Part shown: positions 52,141 to 64,000 of the stretch, in pieces
Layout of the letters: each line of letters opens with the position of its first letter
Numbering within the stretch: the stretch's first letter is position 1
Assembly (NCBI RefSeq): GCF_001194135.2
Contig: NC_068987.1
Span: 19,762,698-19,826,697, forward strand
Origin: Octopus bimaculoides
Taxonomy: Eukaryota
Direction of reading: 5' to 3'
DNA: 64,000 nt
Translations under genes and position numbers: made by a program
The notes under the pieces: model-generated
The model's input: the letters and a program-made list of their open reading frames with translations, nothing else
Databases searched by the model: none
Told to the model about the DNA's origin: nothing

Positions 52141-54445
52141 CTTTTTAGGCATAAAACAATGGTAACAACAGATTGATTAATAACCCATCAATGTCCACAA
52201 GTTAATGACAGACAATACATGGTTGTTCAACATGCTAGAAATCTCTGAAATCTCAATGGGTTGTCTAAAAAAAAAAAAGTAAAAGGATACATCAGATAAA
52301 CGTTATAGTTACACTATGAAAATAAAGTAGAATAAAATAAAACTAAAAAGAAACGTATAGGATCGTTATGGCTGATCGCCCTTTGATCATAGTTCTGCTG
52401 GATCAAAGCTGGCCTGAAGCTAAACTGCAACAGCATTCAGTAAATACCCAAATTTAACCTTCAAAATCAGTTTGCAATGTGTGATGTTCCCACCATGAGA
52501 GCAAGGTGCTTTTATCAATAACCTAATCAAGATTCCCCTCTTAATAACAGAAGCAATTTCAATGAAATTGTCCCAGATTTCATATTAATTCTCCTAAGCA
52601 TTACATAGAAAGTGGCCATAATTGAAACAAATTCTTTGAAGAGAAGAAAATAAATAAATAAATGCAGAAAGTAAAAATGAACAAAAAGAAAAACATTTAT
52701 AGTATTCAGTAAAACTTTTAGAGAAGATGAAAGTATCACTAATAAATAAATTAGAAAAAAAAAAAAAAAAAAAAAAATGGAAGGATGGGAACAGGAAATC
52801 AGCAAGACTTCATTCCCAAAGTGTCTGATTAAAAGAAGTAGTGGACAGTAACTAGAATAAATAAATAAAAATTCCTGCCCCTGCTCCAGAAGAGCAAAGC
52901 TTCTTAAAAGGTAGTTTAATTGATTTATTCCCAATGACATGTTCCTGGTTTCATGCAGTGCAGTGACTTGAAGTAATATTTACTCGGCTTCATTGATTCA
53001 AATGAATCATAACATGACATTCCACGTAGCAAAGGCAAACTAACTTATTTACATCCCTCTAACTAACATCACCTCAGGTAAACACACACACACACACATA
53101 CATACACATGATAGATTTACTGATTTAATGTATGGTTTGTTTTGTTTTCTATGACATATTGAATAGATTTGTATATCAGCACACAGTTCCATTTAGCTAT
53201 CATCTCGTATCATTTCATCTGAGCAGCTTTAGATTTGAACCACTTCCTCCAGAGATACCTTTGGCTACCTTCTGCTCTATGTATTTACTCAGTGGAAAGA
53301 GTCAACAAGAAAGCAGCTAAATAGGTCTCATTTCATTGTGCTGTCATAAAGATAATAGGGAGGACACATTGTGTAAAGCAAGCCCTACAAACACTGTCTA
53401 AAGAAAAAACAGTATAGTCATAAGTTTTACCTGCATCTTAGATCTGTTTGATCAGAGCTAACCTGGAGTTAAATAACAACTAAGTTTCACAAACCAACAA
53501 AGGAGAATATATGTAGCCATACAATCTGCTCAAAATAGCAACCTAAACTCCCTCACAACACCTTACTGTCTTAATAAACTTAAAAAAAAAAGAAAAAAGA
53601 AATCAGACACTGTAGTCTGAGCTACACTGTCAGATTAAAAAAAAAAACAAAAAAAAAAAANNNNNNNNNNNNNNNNNNNNNNNNNNNNNNNNNNNNNNNN
53701 NNNNNNNNNNNNNNNNNNNNNNNNNNNNNNNNNNNNNNNNNNNNNNNNNNNNNNNNNNNNNNNNNNNNNNNNNNNNNNNNNNNNNNNNNNNNNNNNNNNN
53801 NNNNNNNNNNNNNNNNNNNNNNNNNNNNNNNNNNNNNNNNNNNNNNNNNNNNNNNNNNNNNNNNNNNNNNNNNNNNNNNNNNNNNNNNNNNNNNNNNNNN
53901 NNNNNNNNNNNNNNNNNNNNNNNNNNNNNNNNNNNNNNNNNNNNNNNNNNNNNNNNNNNNNNNNNNNNNNNNNNNNNNNNNNNNNNNNNNNNNNNNNNNN
54001 NNNNNNNNNNNNNNNNNNNNNNNNNNNNNNNNNNNNNNNNNNNNNNNNNNNNNNNNNNNNNNNNNNNNNNNNNNNNNNNNNNNNNNNNNNNNNNNNNNNN
54101 NNNNNNNNNNNNNNNNNNNNNNNNNNNNNNNNNNNNNNNNNNNNNNNNNNNNNNNNNNNNNNNNNNNNNNNNNNNNNNNNNNNNNNNNNNNNNNNNNNNN
54201 NNNNNNNNNNNNNNNNNNNNNNNNNNNNNNNNNNNNNNNNNNNNNNNNNNNNNNNNNNNNNNNNNNNNNNNNNNNNNNNNNNNNNNNNNNNNNNNNNNNN
54301 NNNNNNNNNNNNNNNNNNNNNNNNNNNNNNNNNNNNNNNNNNNNNNNNNNNNNNNNNNNNNNNNNNNNNNNNNNNNNNNNNNNNNNNNNNNNNNNNNNNN
54401 NNNNNNNNNNNNNNNNNNNNNNNNNNNNNNNNNNNNNNNNNNNNN

Positions 54446-54694
54446 GGCGAACCCTGCTGTACTCTTTCACCACAACTTTCTCTTACTCTTTCTTCCAGTT
54501 TCTGTTGTGCCTGTAATTCAAAGGGCTAACCTTGTCACACTGTGTCACGCTGAATCTCCCCGAGAACTACGTTAAGGGTACACGTGTCTGTGGAGTGCTC
54601 AGCCACTTGCATGTTAATTTCACGAGCAGGCTGTTCCATTGATCAGATCAACTGGAACCCTCGACGTCATAAGCGACGGAGTGCCAACAACAAC
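54446..54694 (+). mobile_element. SINE family C, 3' part after a gap
   Basis: Matches 36370-36619. Confidence 0.85.
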
Positions 54695-54998
54695 TCTACA
54701 CTAAATTTGTCCAATGTGTCTTTTTTTTTTTATGATGCTTGGGTGTGGTTTGAAGGATATTTGGTTGTTATTTGTAGCAGATCAGATGACCATGTAAGAA
54801 GCTCCATTATTGGATCATCTGCAATCAGGAAATCAAGGGATTAGATATAATCTAAAAGATTGCAGGAGAGAAACATTGACACTTGCAGATTTGTCCAATT
54901 TTATGTAGAGAGTCACTGAAAGGAGCTAATTGGGCTTGGCTGTTCGGACATTTAACACTTTTCGGTGACAGTAATTTTTTATATTGGAGGTGCACACA

Positions 54999-55032
<34 letters not shown>

Positions 55033-55144
55033 TACACAAACATGCATGCATACATACACAGAAATAGAGAGAGAGAGTGGGGAGGGACATTACATATTAA
55101 TTGAACATGACTGATTGACAAACACTTTTCCTCTCCTCATTCAC

Positions 55145-55262
55145 ATAGAGAAAGACAGAGAGAGAGAGAGAAAGAAAGAGAAAGAGAAAGAAAGAGAAAG
55201 ATAAAGAAAGAGAAAGATAAAGAAAGAGAAAGAGCAAGAAAGCGACAGAGAGAGAAAGAAAC

Positions 55263-55293
<31 letters not shown>

Positions 55294-55354
55294 AAGAGAA
55301 AGACAGAGAGAAAAAGAGACAGAGAGAGAAAGAGACAGAGAGAAAAAGAGACAG

Positions 55355-55385
<31 letters not shown>

Positions 55386-55406
55386 AAGAGAGAGAGAAAG
55401 AGAGAC

Positions 55407-55452
<46 letters not shown>

Positions 55453-55490
55453 AGAGAGAGAGAAAAAGAGAGAGAGAGAGAGAACAAGAG
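55145..55490. repeat. (GA)-rich microsatellite
   Basis: Direct reading. Confidence 0.9.
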
Positions 55491-55914
55491 AGATCTTTAA
55501 AACGTCTGATGTTAAATTAGTGTTAAATCAGTGATGCCAAACAGACAGCTCCAAAATGGCTCTGCCAAAACGTCCCATGATTTACAGTCATTAGACTAAA
55601 TACTCAAATTAAATACAATGAGGAAACTAAATATTTTACGATAATAACATTCATTTTAGTCATTTGACATCCATAAATATGGTTTTAACCCCAGGTTAGC
55701 TACTCTGATCCAGCAGACACATGATGTAAAGCAATTTGATTATGACCATCCCATCTTGTTTCAGGAAGTAATTCTTTTCTCAGTCCATATTACCAATTTA
55801 TCCTAAGATGGTAGGATGTGACTTAAGGGAGATTTGGCTTCTATTTCTAGGAGGTTGATGTGACCACTGTATAGTTATGTCTATTATTCTTGGTTAAGTT
55901 ATTGTGGCTGAAAA

Positions 55915-56150
55915 AAACCCCTAAAAAGTGACAGGGTGGCAGAATCTGTTAAGCATTTGACGAAATATTATGTAGTAGCTATTACAGTTCTTTACATCTT
56001 AAGTTCAAATCCTACTGAAATCAGCTTTACTTTTTATTCCTCTTGGGGGTGTGGAATTAATGAAATAAGGTTCCAATCTCGCACTGAGAGGGGAGGGGGT
56101 GATGTAATTGACTAATGCCCTCCCCTCAAAACTGCTGGCCTTATACCTAA
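55915..56150 (+). mobile_element. Diverged SINE family B
   Basis: Shared blocks. Confidence 0.6.
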
Positions 56151-58304
56151 ATTATGAACAACTTTTACAGTTGAGGAAAGGATGGATCTGAATTTCTCGT
56201 GTGGATCTGTCAGAGTAACGAGAACATAGGGAAGACGAGTAAAACAGGTGTTAATGTTTGAGAATTTGGGACATTATTTATTATATATGGATCTGGTATC
56301 TGTTCTGATGAGTGAGGGTTCCACTAGTTCACCTAATTGTAGTCTAAGAATTGTAGTCTAAGTAGTTGAGTATCTTTAGACACGTGTTACCCTTAACATA
56401 ATCCTCAGGCAGAATCAGTATGACCCACTGATTCCAAGATGGTAGGATGTGACCATCTTGTGTGTTCTAAGACTGGGCCATCGACTAACAGGTACTGTCA
56501 CCATTAGAAAGATGTCTGCTAGTTCCTGTTGGCCCAGTTTCCATCACAAGGCTGGGAGTCAGTTGAAGGCCATGCTAAAAGAACCCTTTTTTTAAGGTAT
56601 TGCACAGTGGGATCAAATTTTAGAACATGGTTAAGAATTGAATGTATAAACTACTTGGCCATACCTGCACACATCGGTTCCACCATTCGGCAATCATTGA
56701 AATTTTTAGAATTTATTACAGACTCTAAAGACAAAGGATAAAACATCAGAATAACAAAGAAGGGGGACACATATTGTTCCAAGCTCTGCTTCTTCAAAGT
56801 TTATTCAACTACACTTATAAATCAACTAATTGACTAGACTCCCAAACAAAGGCATGACAGCCACACCATCCCATCCATAGTCCTGGATATGTTGTATGTC
56901 AGATGTAGGATCTCCAGGACTACATTTATGTAATCTGCTTATCTATTTGATGAAATTTTGGTTCTTTATTAGGATAACGCTTTATTCTTCAAGTATTGAG
57001 AAGAAATTTCCTTGCTATACATTCTGCTTCATATATCGAATATTAATTTCATTCTGTTATTCATATTACATGAGATGTTATGCAATGTATTCTTCCTTAT
57101 TGCTTTTTTGTTTGGTAAGTTGCTGTGTGAAGAAGATTTAGCTGCTATTTCTAGCAGGGCAAACGACCACAGAGAAATGCCTTTGTTGGCTTGTGATGGT
57201 GAGGTCAAGTATTTATAACTGATACAAAAACAGGGGAAAATTCCATATGTCAAACCTAAACAAAGACCAAGTTTTGATATTTAGCCAAAAATTGGAAACA
57301 ATTCAAAGAAGTTTAGAAAGCAATTGTTAATGACAAAATAGAGATTGCTCTCAATAGAAAGAGATCTGAATTAGGTGGTCGCAGATAGAGCGGGGTGGGG
57401 GTAAATAAAATAAAAAAGAGCTCTGTAATGATTGCATAAGAAAAAAGGATAGTAGTCATTGTAGATGTTGTTCTCATTGTTGTTCAGCCCCCAAGTCTTA
57501 GTGAGCAGGCCTACAATCAAAGACATCCAAGCTGTAGCCATCCTGTCTGTTATTCAGACATTGTGTACCTCTAGGACTACATTATCCAACCCACTCTTCT
57601 ATATTTAAGACATTGTGGTATTATTTGGAAGAGACTTAGCTTCTATTTCTAGCAGTTAATAAGTCACACAGAGATTCCCTTAATAGTTAACACATTTAGA
57701 CCAAAGTTCGCCTTGACTGAGTAAAAAGACTTATGATTAAAGATGTTGCACCAACAACCATTTTATATTTTTCCCAGACTGAATTTGTTAAGGACTAAAT
57801 CATTCATTATGTACTTCCTTCTTTTTAGATAGATGGTATGATTTGACAGAGATCTGACAGCTATTTCTAACAAAGAGGCTCCCTTTGGCATGTACAAGTG
57901 CAGATCATGAATGGAGTTAGGTATAGGTGCTCAGTAACTCACCAAGTAGGAGTCTGAGTTGGAAATACCTATCTTTAAAAGCTGTAGCTCTGTGAATGGA
58001 CATATTTTGCCTCTTTGAAGGGCAAAGGTAGGCCAAGAATTGGAATAACGCTATAAAATAGTTAGATTAGCCTTTTGAATAACACGTGAAGGCATGTAAC
58101 CTAAAGGTCAAGATGTTGTACTCGTGATTGCAAGATTGTGGTTTCAATTCAAAGACTGGGCAATGTGTTGTATTTTTGAACAGGACTGGTGTCCTGTTCA
58201 AGGGTAATGTTGTGAACTCAGGCACTTACATGCCATGTAAACTGAGTAACTGGCCCTATGATTCTCAGAGCTCGAGACAGTACTAACTTTGGATAAAGGT
58301 AAAG

Positions 58305-58625
58305 GCCCCTTTTGGTCATGAATGGCCATGGGACTGCACCCAGAAAGTTACCCTCCAAGGCACAAGTCTGGGCAAGGTTGTTTATGGAAGACCAGCAGTT
58401 ACCCATGCATACCAGCCTCCCCTCTGCATGCCACAGATATTATCCAAGGGAAAAGCAAAGGCCGATACAGCTTAGCACCAGTGACATCGCAACTCATTTC
58501 TATAGCTGAGTGAACTGGAACAATGTGAAATAAAGTGTCTTGCTCAAGAACACAGCCTAGTCAGGTATTCGAGCTCATTACCTCATGATTGTGAACCTGA
58601 TGCTCTAACCACCAAGCCAATACAT
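58305..58625 (-). mobile_element. SINE family D (tRNA-like head, CTTGAGCAAGACACTTTATTTCAC block)
   Basis: Closely similar to 60605-60805. Confidence 0.75.
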
Positions 58626-59289
58626 ATGAAAAAAATAAATAACAAAGGACATGGAGTTTAAGTGTTGTAGTCATCCCAATACAACAACTACAACAATTTA
58701 GGCCAGTAGTGGTGGTGGTGGGGAGAGGAAAACTAATGTGAAATGGATAAAGACAAAGAGAAGAGGGGAAGGGGGATTAGTGTTGTGATTAAAATAATAA
58801 AAGTTAATTGACAACCAAACCCAAGACTTTATCCGAGACGGACAGGTCTGTTTATGCAAGTCAGCAGAATTTCTCAGAGGTGTCACTTGCATGACAAGAC
58901 CAAAAGAAAAATATCAAACAGAAAGTAATTAAGTCAGTGATGACACATTTAATGCAGGGACCATCAAAAAGATAAATAAAAATAATTGGGTGGTAAGGAT
59001 AAAACAATATTAGCCATTAACTAATATTATTTCAATTTATTTTGGAAAACACTGAACTGATCCTGGACATATTTCAATCACATTCCTGTTTATTTATTTT
59101 GTAATTCTCCCATCACTGCTTCAGCAAGCATAGAAAAGTCTATGCTTTGCTGAAGTCATCAAACCAAAACATGTCTGGAGTTGTCTCCAGTACTTATTGA
59201 AATAATTAAAGCAACATTAGTCACTAACAAATATTGGTTTATCCTCATTACATAATTATTAGAATCTATGAAAATTCCCTGATTATTTT

Positions 59290-60100
59290 AAAAATTTTAA
59301 GATGAAATTGTTTTTCTGAACCTGAGATGGCGTAAAAGTTCACATAAGTAATAACGGAGGTGCAATCTTAAGGAACAACATCTTCGAAAGCTATACTCTT
59401 ATGTTTTCTACTTGATATCTAGACATCAAGTTGATATCTTATTTTTTCGTGTTACATCAAGAAGTAACTATTTCAATTACAGTACAAATTCACATGAACC
59501 ACTTTCTTAGTCATATTGTGCCTAGATTTACTACACTTTTATCTTTTTTAGGGATAACACCCTTTTCTTCAAAATAATATGCAGCATTCACCTCTGCTTT
59601 TAATATCTCCTTCAGACTGGTGCAGGCCATTCTAGACTTTTACCACCAAGCAAAAAGTAAACAAACAAAGAAAAACTTCACAAATGACGGAAAAATTATA
59701 AAAACACAGAAAAACTTAACGAAATATATGTAAAATACTACGAAAATTCACGAAAAATACCTAAAATAAAATTCTAATTGATATAAGCACAGGTAATGTA
59801 TATATTATAAAGTTTTTGCAAAAATAAAATCGAAACATACAGAGAGGCCACGTGCAGACGAGAAGCGAGGCAGAATAGAACATACAAGTTGTCATATGTT
59901 ATGGTAACTAGCTGTTAATGCCTCGCTGTCTGTTGATTGGCTAAAATTGCACAAATTTTCCAACTTTAATTCCAAATAACATCAGGTTCTTTAATTTACG
60001 AGATAGAGTAATTGGTTAAGTGTAATCAAAATTCCAAACTCTATCCAGAGCCCAAATTTGAAAACAATCTGAGCAAAATTAAAGGGGGCTGATTTCGTGA
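59290..60100 (-). mobile_element. Possible decayed DNA transposon 5' part (weakly Merlin/ISXO2-like)
   Basis: Minus ATG at ~59630: MACTSLKEILKAEVNAAYYFEEKGVIPKK, then a Cys-containing stretch across a frameshift. Upstream CCAAT and CACGTG motifs. Confidence 0.25.
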
Positions 60101-60604
60101 CTCAAACTAACTAGATCCTCTTTTTAAACTGACTGTAGCAGAGATGCAAAAATAAAGCTACTACTAGCGCCCCCCCCCCCATATAGTCTCATAACACACC
60201 CCAAGCACTCCTTTGCTCCAAAATGCCTCGGGCCCCTGTTGAGAACCTTTAGACTCTAAAAAGGAAGAGAGGGGGATGGATGGATAGATAGAAGAGAGAA
60301 AAAGGAGAAAGGAAGAGAGAACTAGATAGATAGACGGAAAGAGAGAAAGAGACAAAGAGAGAGAAAACAAAAGAGAGCAAGAGAGAAGGAGACAGCAACA
60401 GATAAAAAGTACTAGAGATAGAGAGAGAGAGAGGCTGAGAATCTAACTACCAGTTGACAGAAATATGGTCACATGACACTCTTGGAAAACCCGCAATGTC
60501 AGTGAGTGGCAGTCTCAAGTAGGAAGTATTTTAGCAAAGCGACAACTACATCTGTATTTTGCAGATATTTCTGTGAATGAAAGAGATTTATATATATACT
60601 GAGA

Positions 60605-60805
60605 CCCCCTTTGGTCATGACTGACCATGGGATTGCACCTAGAAAGTTACCCTCCCAGGCACAAGTCCGGGCAAGGTTTATGGAAGACCAGCAGTTGCCC
60701 ATGCATACCAGCCTCCCCTCTCCATGCCACCAGTGTAATCCAAGGGAAAATAAAAGGCCGATACAGCTTGGCACCAGTGACGTCGCAACTCATTTCTACA
60801 GCTGA
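60605..60805 (-). mobile_element. SINE family D, 3' part
   Basis: Matches 58305-58505. Confidence 0.75.
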
Positions 60806-61616
60806 TGTTTCTCGTCTTTCTCTTCTACCATCAGCCTTTGACTTCTATCCAAAATGGCTTTTTTCAAACCAATATTTACATGCTGTTATTTATAGCTCTA
60901 TGTGGTGTGCTATGAGAGCCAATGTTCCAAAAGTTCTCTTGGAAGTTAATAAAATTCTTATCATGCCAACTATGTATACACACACACACACACACAGACA
61001 GAGAGGAGGAAGAGAGACAAAAGAGAAAAAGTGAAAGGAGGAAAGAAAGAAGAAATGGATAAATAGAAAGACATTAAGTGTTCACATGCCAGCATGGAAG
61101 GCAGACGTTAAACAATGATGATGATGATCATCATCATAACTATCATCAACAACAAAACCAAGCCAATGAGGGGCTTTGTAAATCAGTGGTTCTCAACGAT
61201 TTTTTTTACCTATGAACCCCTACTGATTCCTGTTTTGCTTGGTTGGGCCCTCAAAACCATTCGGTGTTTAAAAAAATTCTTTTATATTTCTATGTATGCA
61301 GATACATGATGGGTATCTTTAAGTTTCTATCTACCAAATCCACTCAAGGCTTTGGTCAGCCCAGGGCTATAGTTGTTAACACTTGCCTAAAGCGTCACAC
61401 AGTGGAACTGAACCAGAAATTACGTGGTTGCGAAGCAGGTTATTTTATCACAAAACCATGCCTGCACCTTAAAAAAAAAAAAAAAACGTCAGAAAACCCG
61501 GTAAGCCATAGTTTGGAGATTTGGTTGTTTCACAAATGCACCCTTTGGCAAACTAATTTAATACACAGAATGAAAATGACAATAGTAAAGAGCAAATAAA
61601 AAAATGATAATTGTAA

Positions 61617-61945
61617 ATGAGTGGCTGTGTGGTAAGTAGCTTCCTTACCAACAACATGGCTCAGGGTTCAGTCCCACTACATGGCACCTTGGGCAAGTGT
61701 CTTCTATAGCCTCAGGCCAACCAAAGTCTTGTGAGTGGATTTAGTAGTTGGAAACTGAAAGAAGCCTGTCGTGCCCCCTCTCCATTGCTTGACAACCAAT
61801 GTTGGTGTGTTTGCATCCAAATAACTTAGCGGTTCGGTGAAAGAGACCGATAGAATAAGTACTAGGCTTACAAAGAATAAGTCCTGGAGTAGATTTGTTT
61901 GTCTAAAGGCAGTGCTCCAGCATGGCCGCAGTCAAATGACAGATA
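61617..61945 (+). mobile_element. SINE family A lacking the internal microsatellite
   Basis: Head, CORE-like block and tail are contiguous. Confidence 0.85.
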
Positions 61946-62029
61946 TAAGAAAATGCTAGTGGACTTCTAACTCCACCAGCCCACATTTTTTTTTTTAATA
62001 ATCTCGAAACAAAAAAAGTGGCATATCCT

Positions 62030-62098
62030 ATTCACGTCCTATATAACAATATACACTATGTACCATACATCCTATATAACAATATACACTATGTACCA
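62030..62098. repeat. ~33-bp tandem duplication
   Basis: TCCTATATAACAATATACACTATGTACCA occurs twice. Confidence 0.85.
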
Positions 62099-63667
62099 CA
62101 CAAACAAATATATTACATAAGTGTGTGGATTATTAAAACATTTGTATCTACGGATAAAAGTACTCAATATACATATGTAGTGCATGCACATACTATACAA
62201 TATAAATATTGATGTATAGACAGACCTTATAGATAAATATGACACCAGTGATTCCTGACCCCTTTAACTCAATGGATGCAAACATTGTCTAAAACTTTGA
62301 ATTACTCTTGCATAGAGAACTCAATATCAATAGTTGCATAACATTCAAAACATGCAGGGGGGGGGGGTTAAATCATCTCTTTTTTTTTTTTTTCTTTGGT
62401 TTTTGTATTAGGGGTTTACTATTACAATTGTCCAATCTCAGAGATTGGTGTCTGCTTGATTGCTCGACGATAGTTTAGCAGGATTTGAAAAGAGTGATTA
62501 TACAACCATTATCAGTATTCTGCCAGCATTGAGTAGTGAAGGATGGACAGCTGAGAGAGAGAGAGAGAGAAAGAGAGAGAAAGAAAGAGAGAGAAAGAGA
62601 GAGAGAGAGGTGGATAGTGTGAGAGACGGTGGAAGAAAGATTGGCAGTGTAGTGTGAGTTAACCAGCAACAGGCACACACTAACACAGTCGCAAACAAAG
62701 CAAACAGTCAGTGAATGACGCAAAGAAAAGCATGTTTATATATTGCATTAATTTACAATTGACCCGTCAGGTCAAGTTAAGACCCCAGTTAGTAGACATT
62801 CAAATTTTTATTGCAGCTCATTTTTATTGTTCATTTACATACTTCTGTTTCATTTTAAATAAATTTATACGTATTTTTAAAGAACAACAATGTTGAAAAA
62901 TTTTGCTTTAAGCTGCTATTTACTGATGAAAGTTATAAATATTCTCCATCTTTTTCGAACCAGCCAATAACATCAGCTAGTCATAAAACAGAGGGAAAAT
63001 AACAGGATGAGAGGTGAATGCTTAATGGAAGCTTGCCTTGTAGATGTTTCTTTGTTTTATACTCAAACCAGGCACTATATCACATCAGTTATAAAACTAT
63101 AAAGTCCTTCAAGGAGTTAAAACCTGAAAGGCCATCATGAAATATGTCAAAGATCAACTTCCACAACAGGGGAACAGACATAAAAAAAAAAAAAGTCGAA
63201 AATCCATTTCAATTTACCCAAATGTGAGAGAGGGACCTGTTTTATTCTTGATCCTTCTCTCACACTAACCCCTGTTGTAGCATAAAGCCACCTCTCTCTA
63301 CAACTGCCCTACTCACTTGAAGAGGGTCTTAGTCTTGCAGTCTACATAGCAACCTCACTAGTGTTAGTGCCAAGAAAAATGTACCCAGTAGATGCTGTAA
63401 AGTGATTGGCATTAGGAAGGACATCCAGATGTAGAAACCATGCCGCAGCAGATAGCGGAGTATGACACTGTCTTTGAACTGGGATCTTGTTAAACCATCC
63501 AACCCAAGCCAGTAAGAAATATCACCATTAAATGATGATTTCTTTCCAACGAGGTTTTATGAACAATAAAAGCCCATCCCCACCAAATCATGTATGATCA
63601 TGTGTATGTGTATGTATATATGCTCGTTCAATTTTTTTTCTCCATGTTTTTCTCCTTGTCTCAGTAT

Positions 63668-63704
63668 TCTTTCTGTTGAAGAGCGTAGCTCGAAACGTCA
63701 AAGA
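63668..63704 (+). ncRNA. Minimal type I hammerhead-ribozyme-like motif (Penelope-like-element type) within a ~63620-63797 repeat remnant
   Basis: Stem I TCTTT/AAAGA. Core CTGTTGA-A. Stem II GAGC-GTA-GCTC. GAAAC-GTC cleavage triplet with palindromic ACGT in place of a helix III loop. Confidence 0.65.
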
Positions 63705-63795
63705 CTTTCCGTATTCCCGAGCGTCATACTAATACATCCTTTTGTTATTTACACCACCTGTCCTCGTCTGTTGTTGTTTTTTCGTATATTCTCCC

Positions 63796-63796
<1 letters not shown>

Positions 63797-63829
<33 letters not shown>

Positions 63830-63845
63830 ACATATATATATATAC

Positions 63846-63876
<31 letters not shown>

Positions 63877-64000
63877 CATATATATATACATATATATATA
63901 TACATACATATATATATATATACATATATATACATATATATACATATATATACATATATATATACATACATATATATATATATACATATATATACATATA
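63797..64000. repeat. (TA)n(CA) microsatellite
   Basis: Direct reading. Confidence 0.95.

Noticed and set aside
56305-56312. CTGATGAG hammerhead core (also at ~12990)
   Set aside because: No stem II-closing C-GAAA or cleavage-site pairing nearby.

Overview
AT-rich, repeat-dense eukaryotic DNA from a gapped draft assembly with 11 N-runs. It is most likely intronic or intergenic octopus (cephalopod) sequence; this is inferred from recognising the SINE/RTE families and was not database-checked. No host protein-coding gene can be supported. The long ORFs in the track either span N-gaps or translate microsatellites. The window holds at least four tRNA-headed SINE families in many copies, 5'-truncated RTE LINE ends, a decayed CR1/L2-group reverse transcriptase, a 3'-truncated Tc1 transposase, piggyBac, hAT, Tigger-like, foldback and Helitron-like non-autonomous elements, and micro/minisatellites. 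There are five main points of interest. (1) A SINE copy carrying 230 bp of its donor's 3' flank sits inside a hAT MITE 16 kb from the donor, which looks like a local 3' transduction. (2) A minimal Penelope-type hammerhead ribozyme motif with a variant core lies at 63.7 kb. (3) An unclassified CpG-rich ~1.3 kb insert contains a pseudoknot-capable nested inverted repeat and abuts a perfect 115-bp palindrome. (4) One SINE family forms head-to-tail arrays joined at its own (AAT)n tails. (5) There is a candidate CpG promoter and a candidate minus-strand exon. No clearly new biological system is demonstrable from sequence alone. SINE boundaries are approximate unless a TSD is given.
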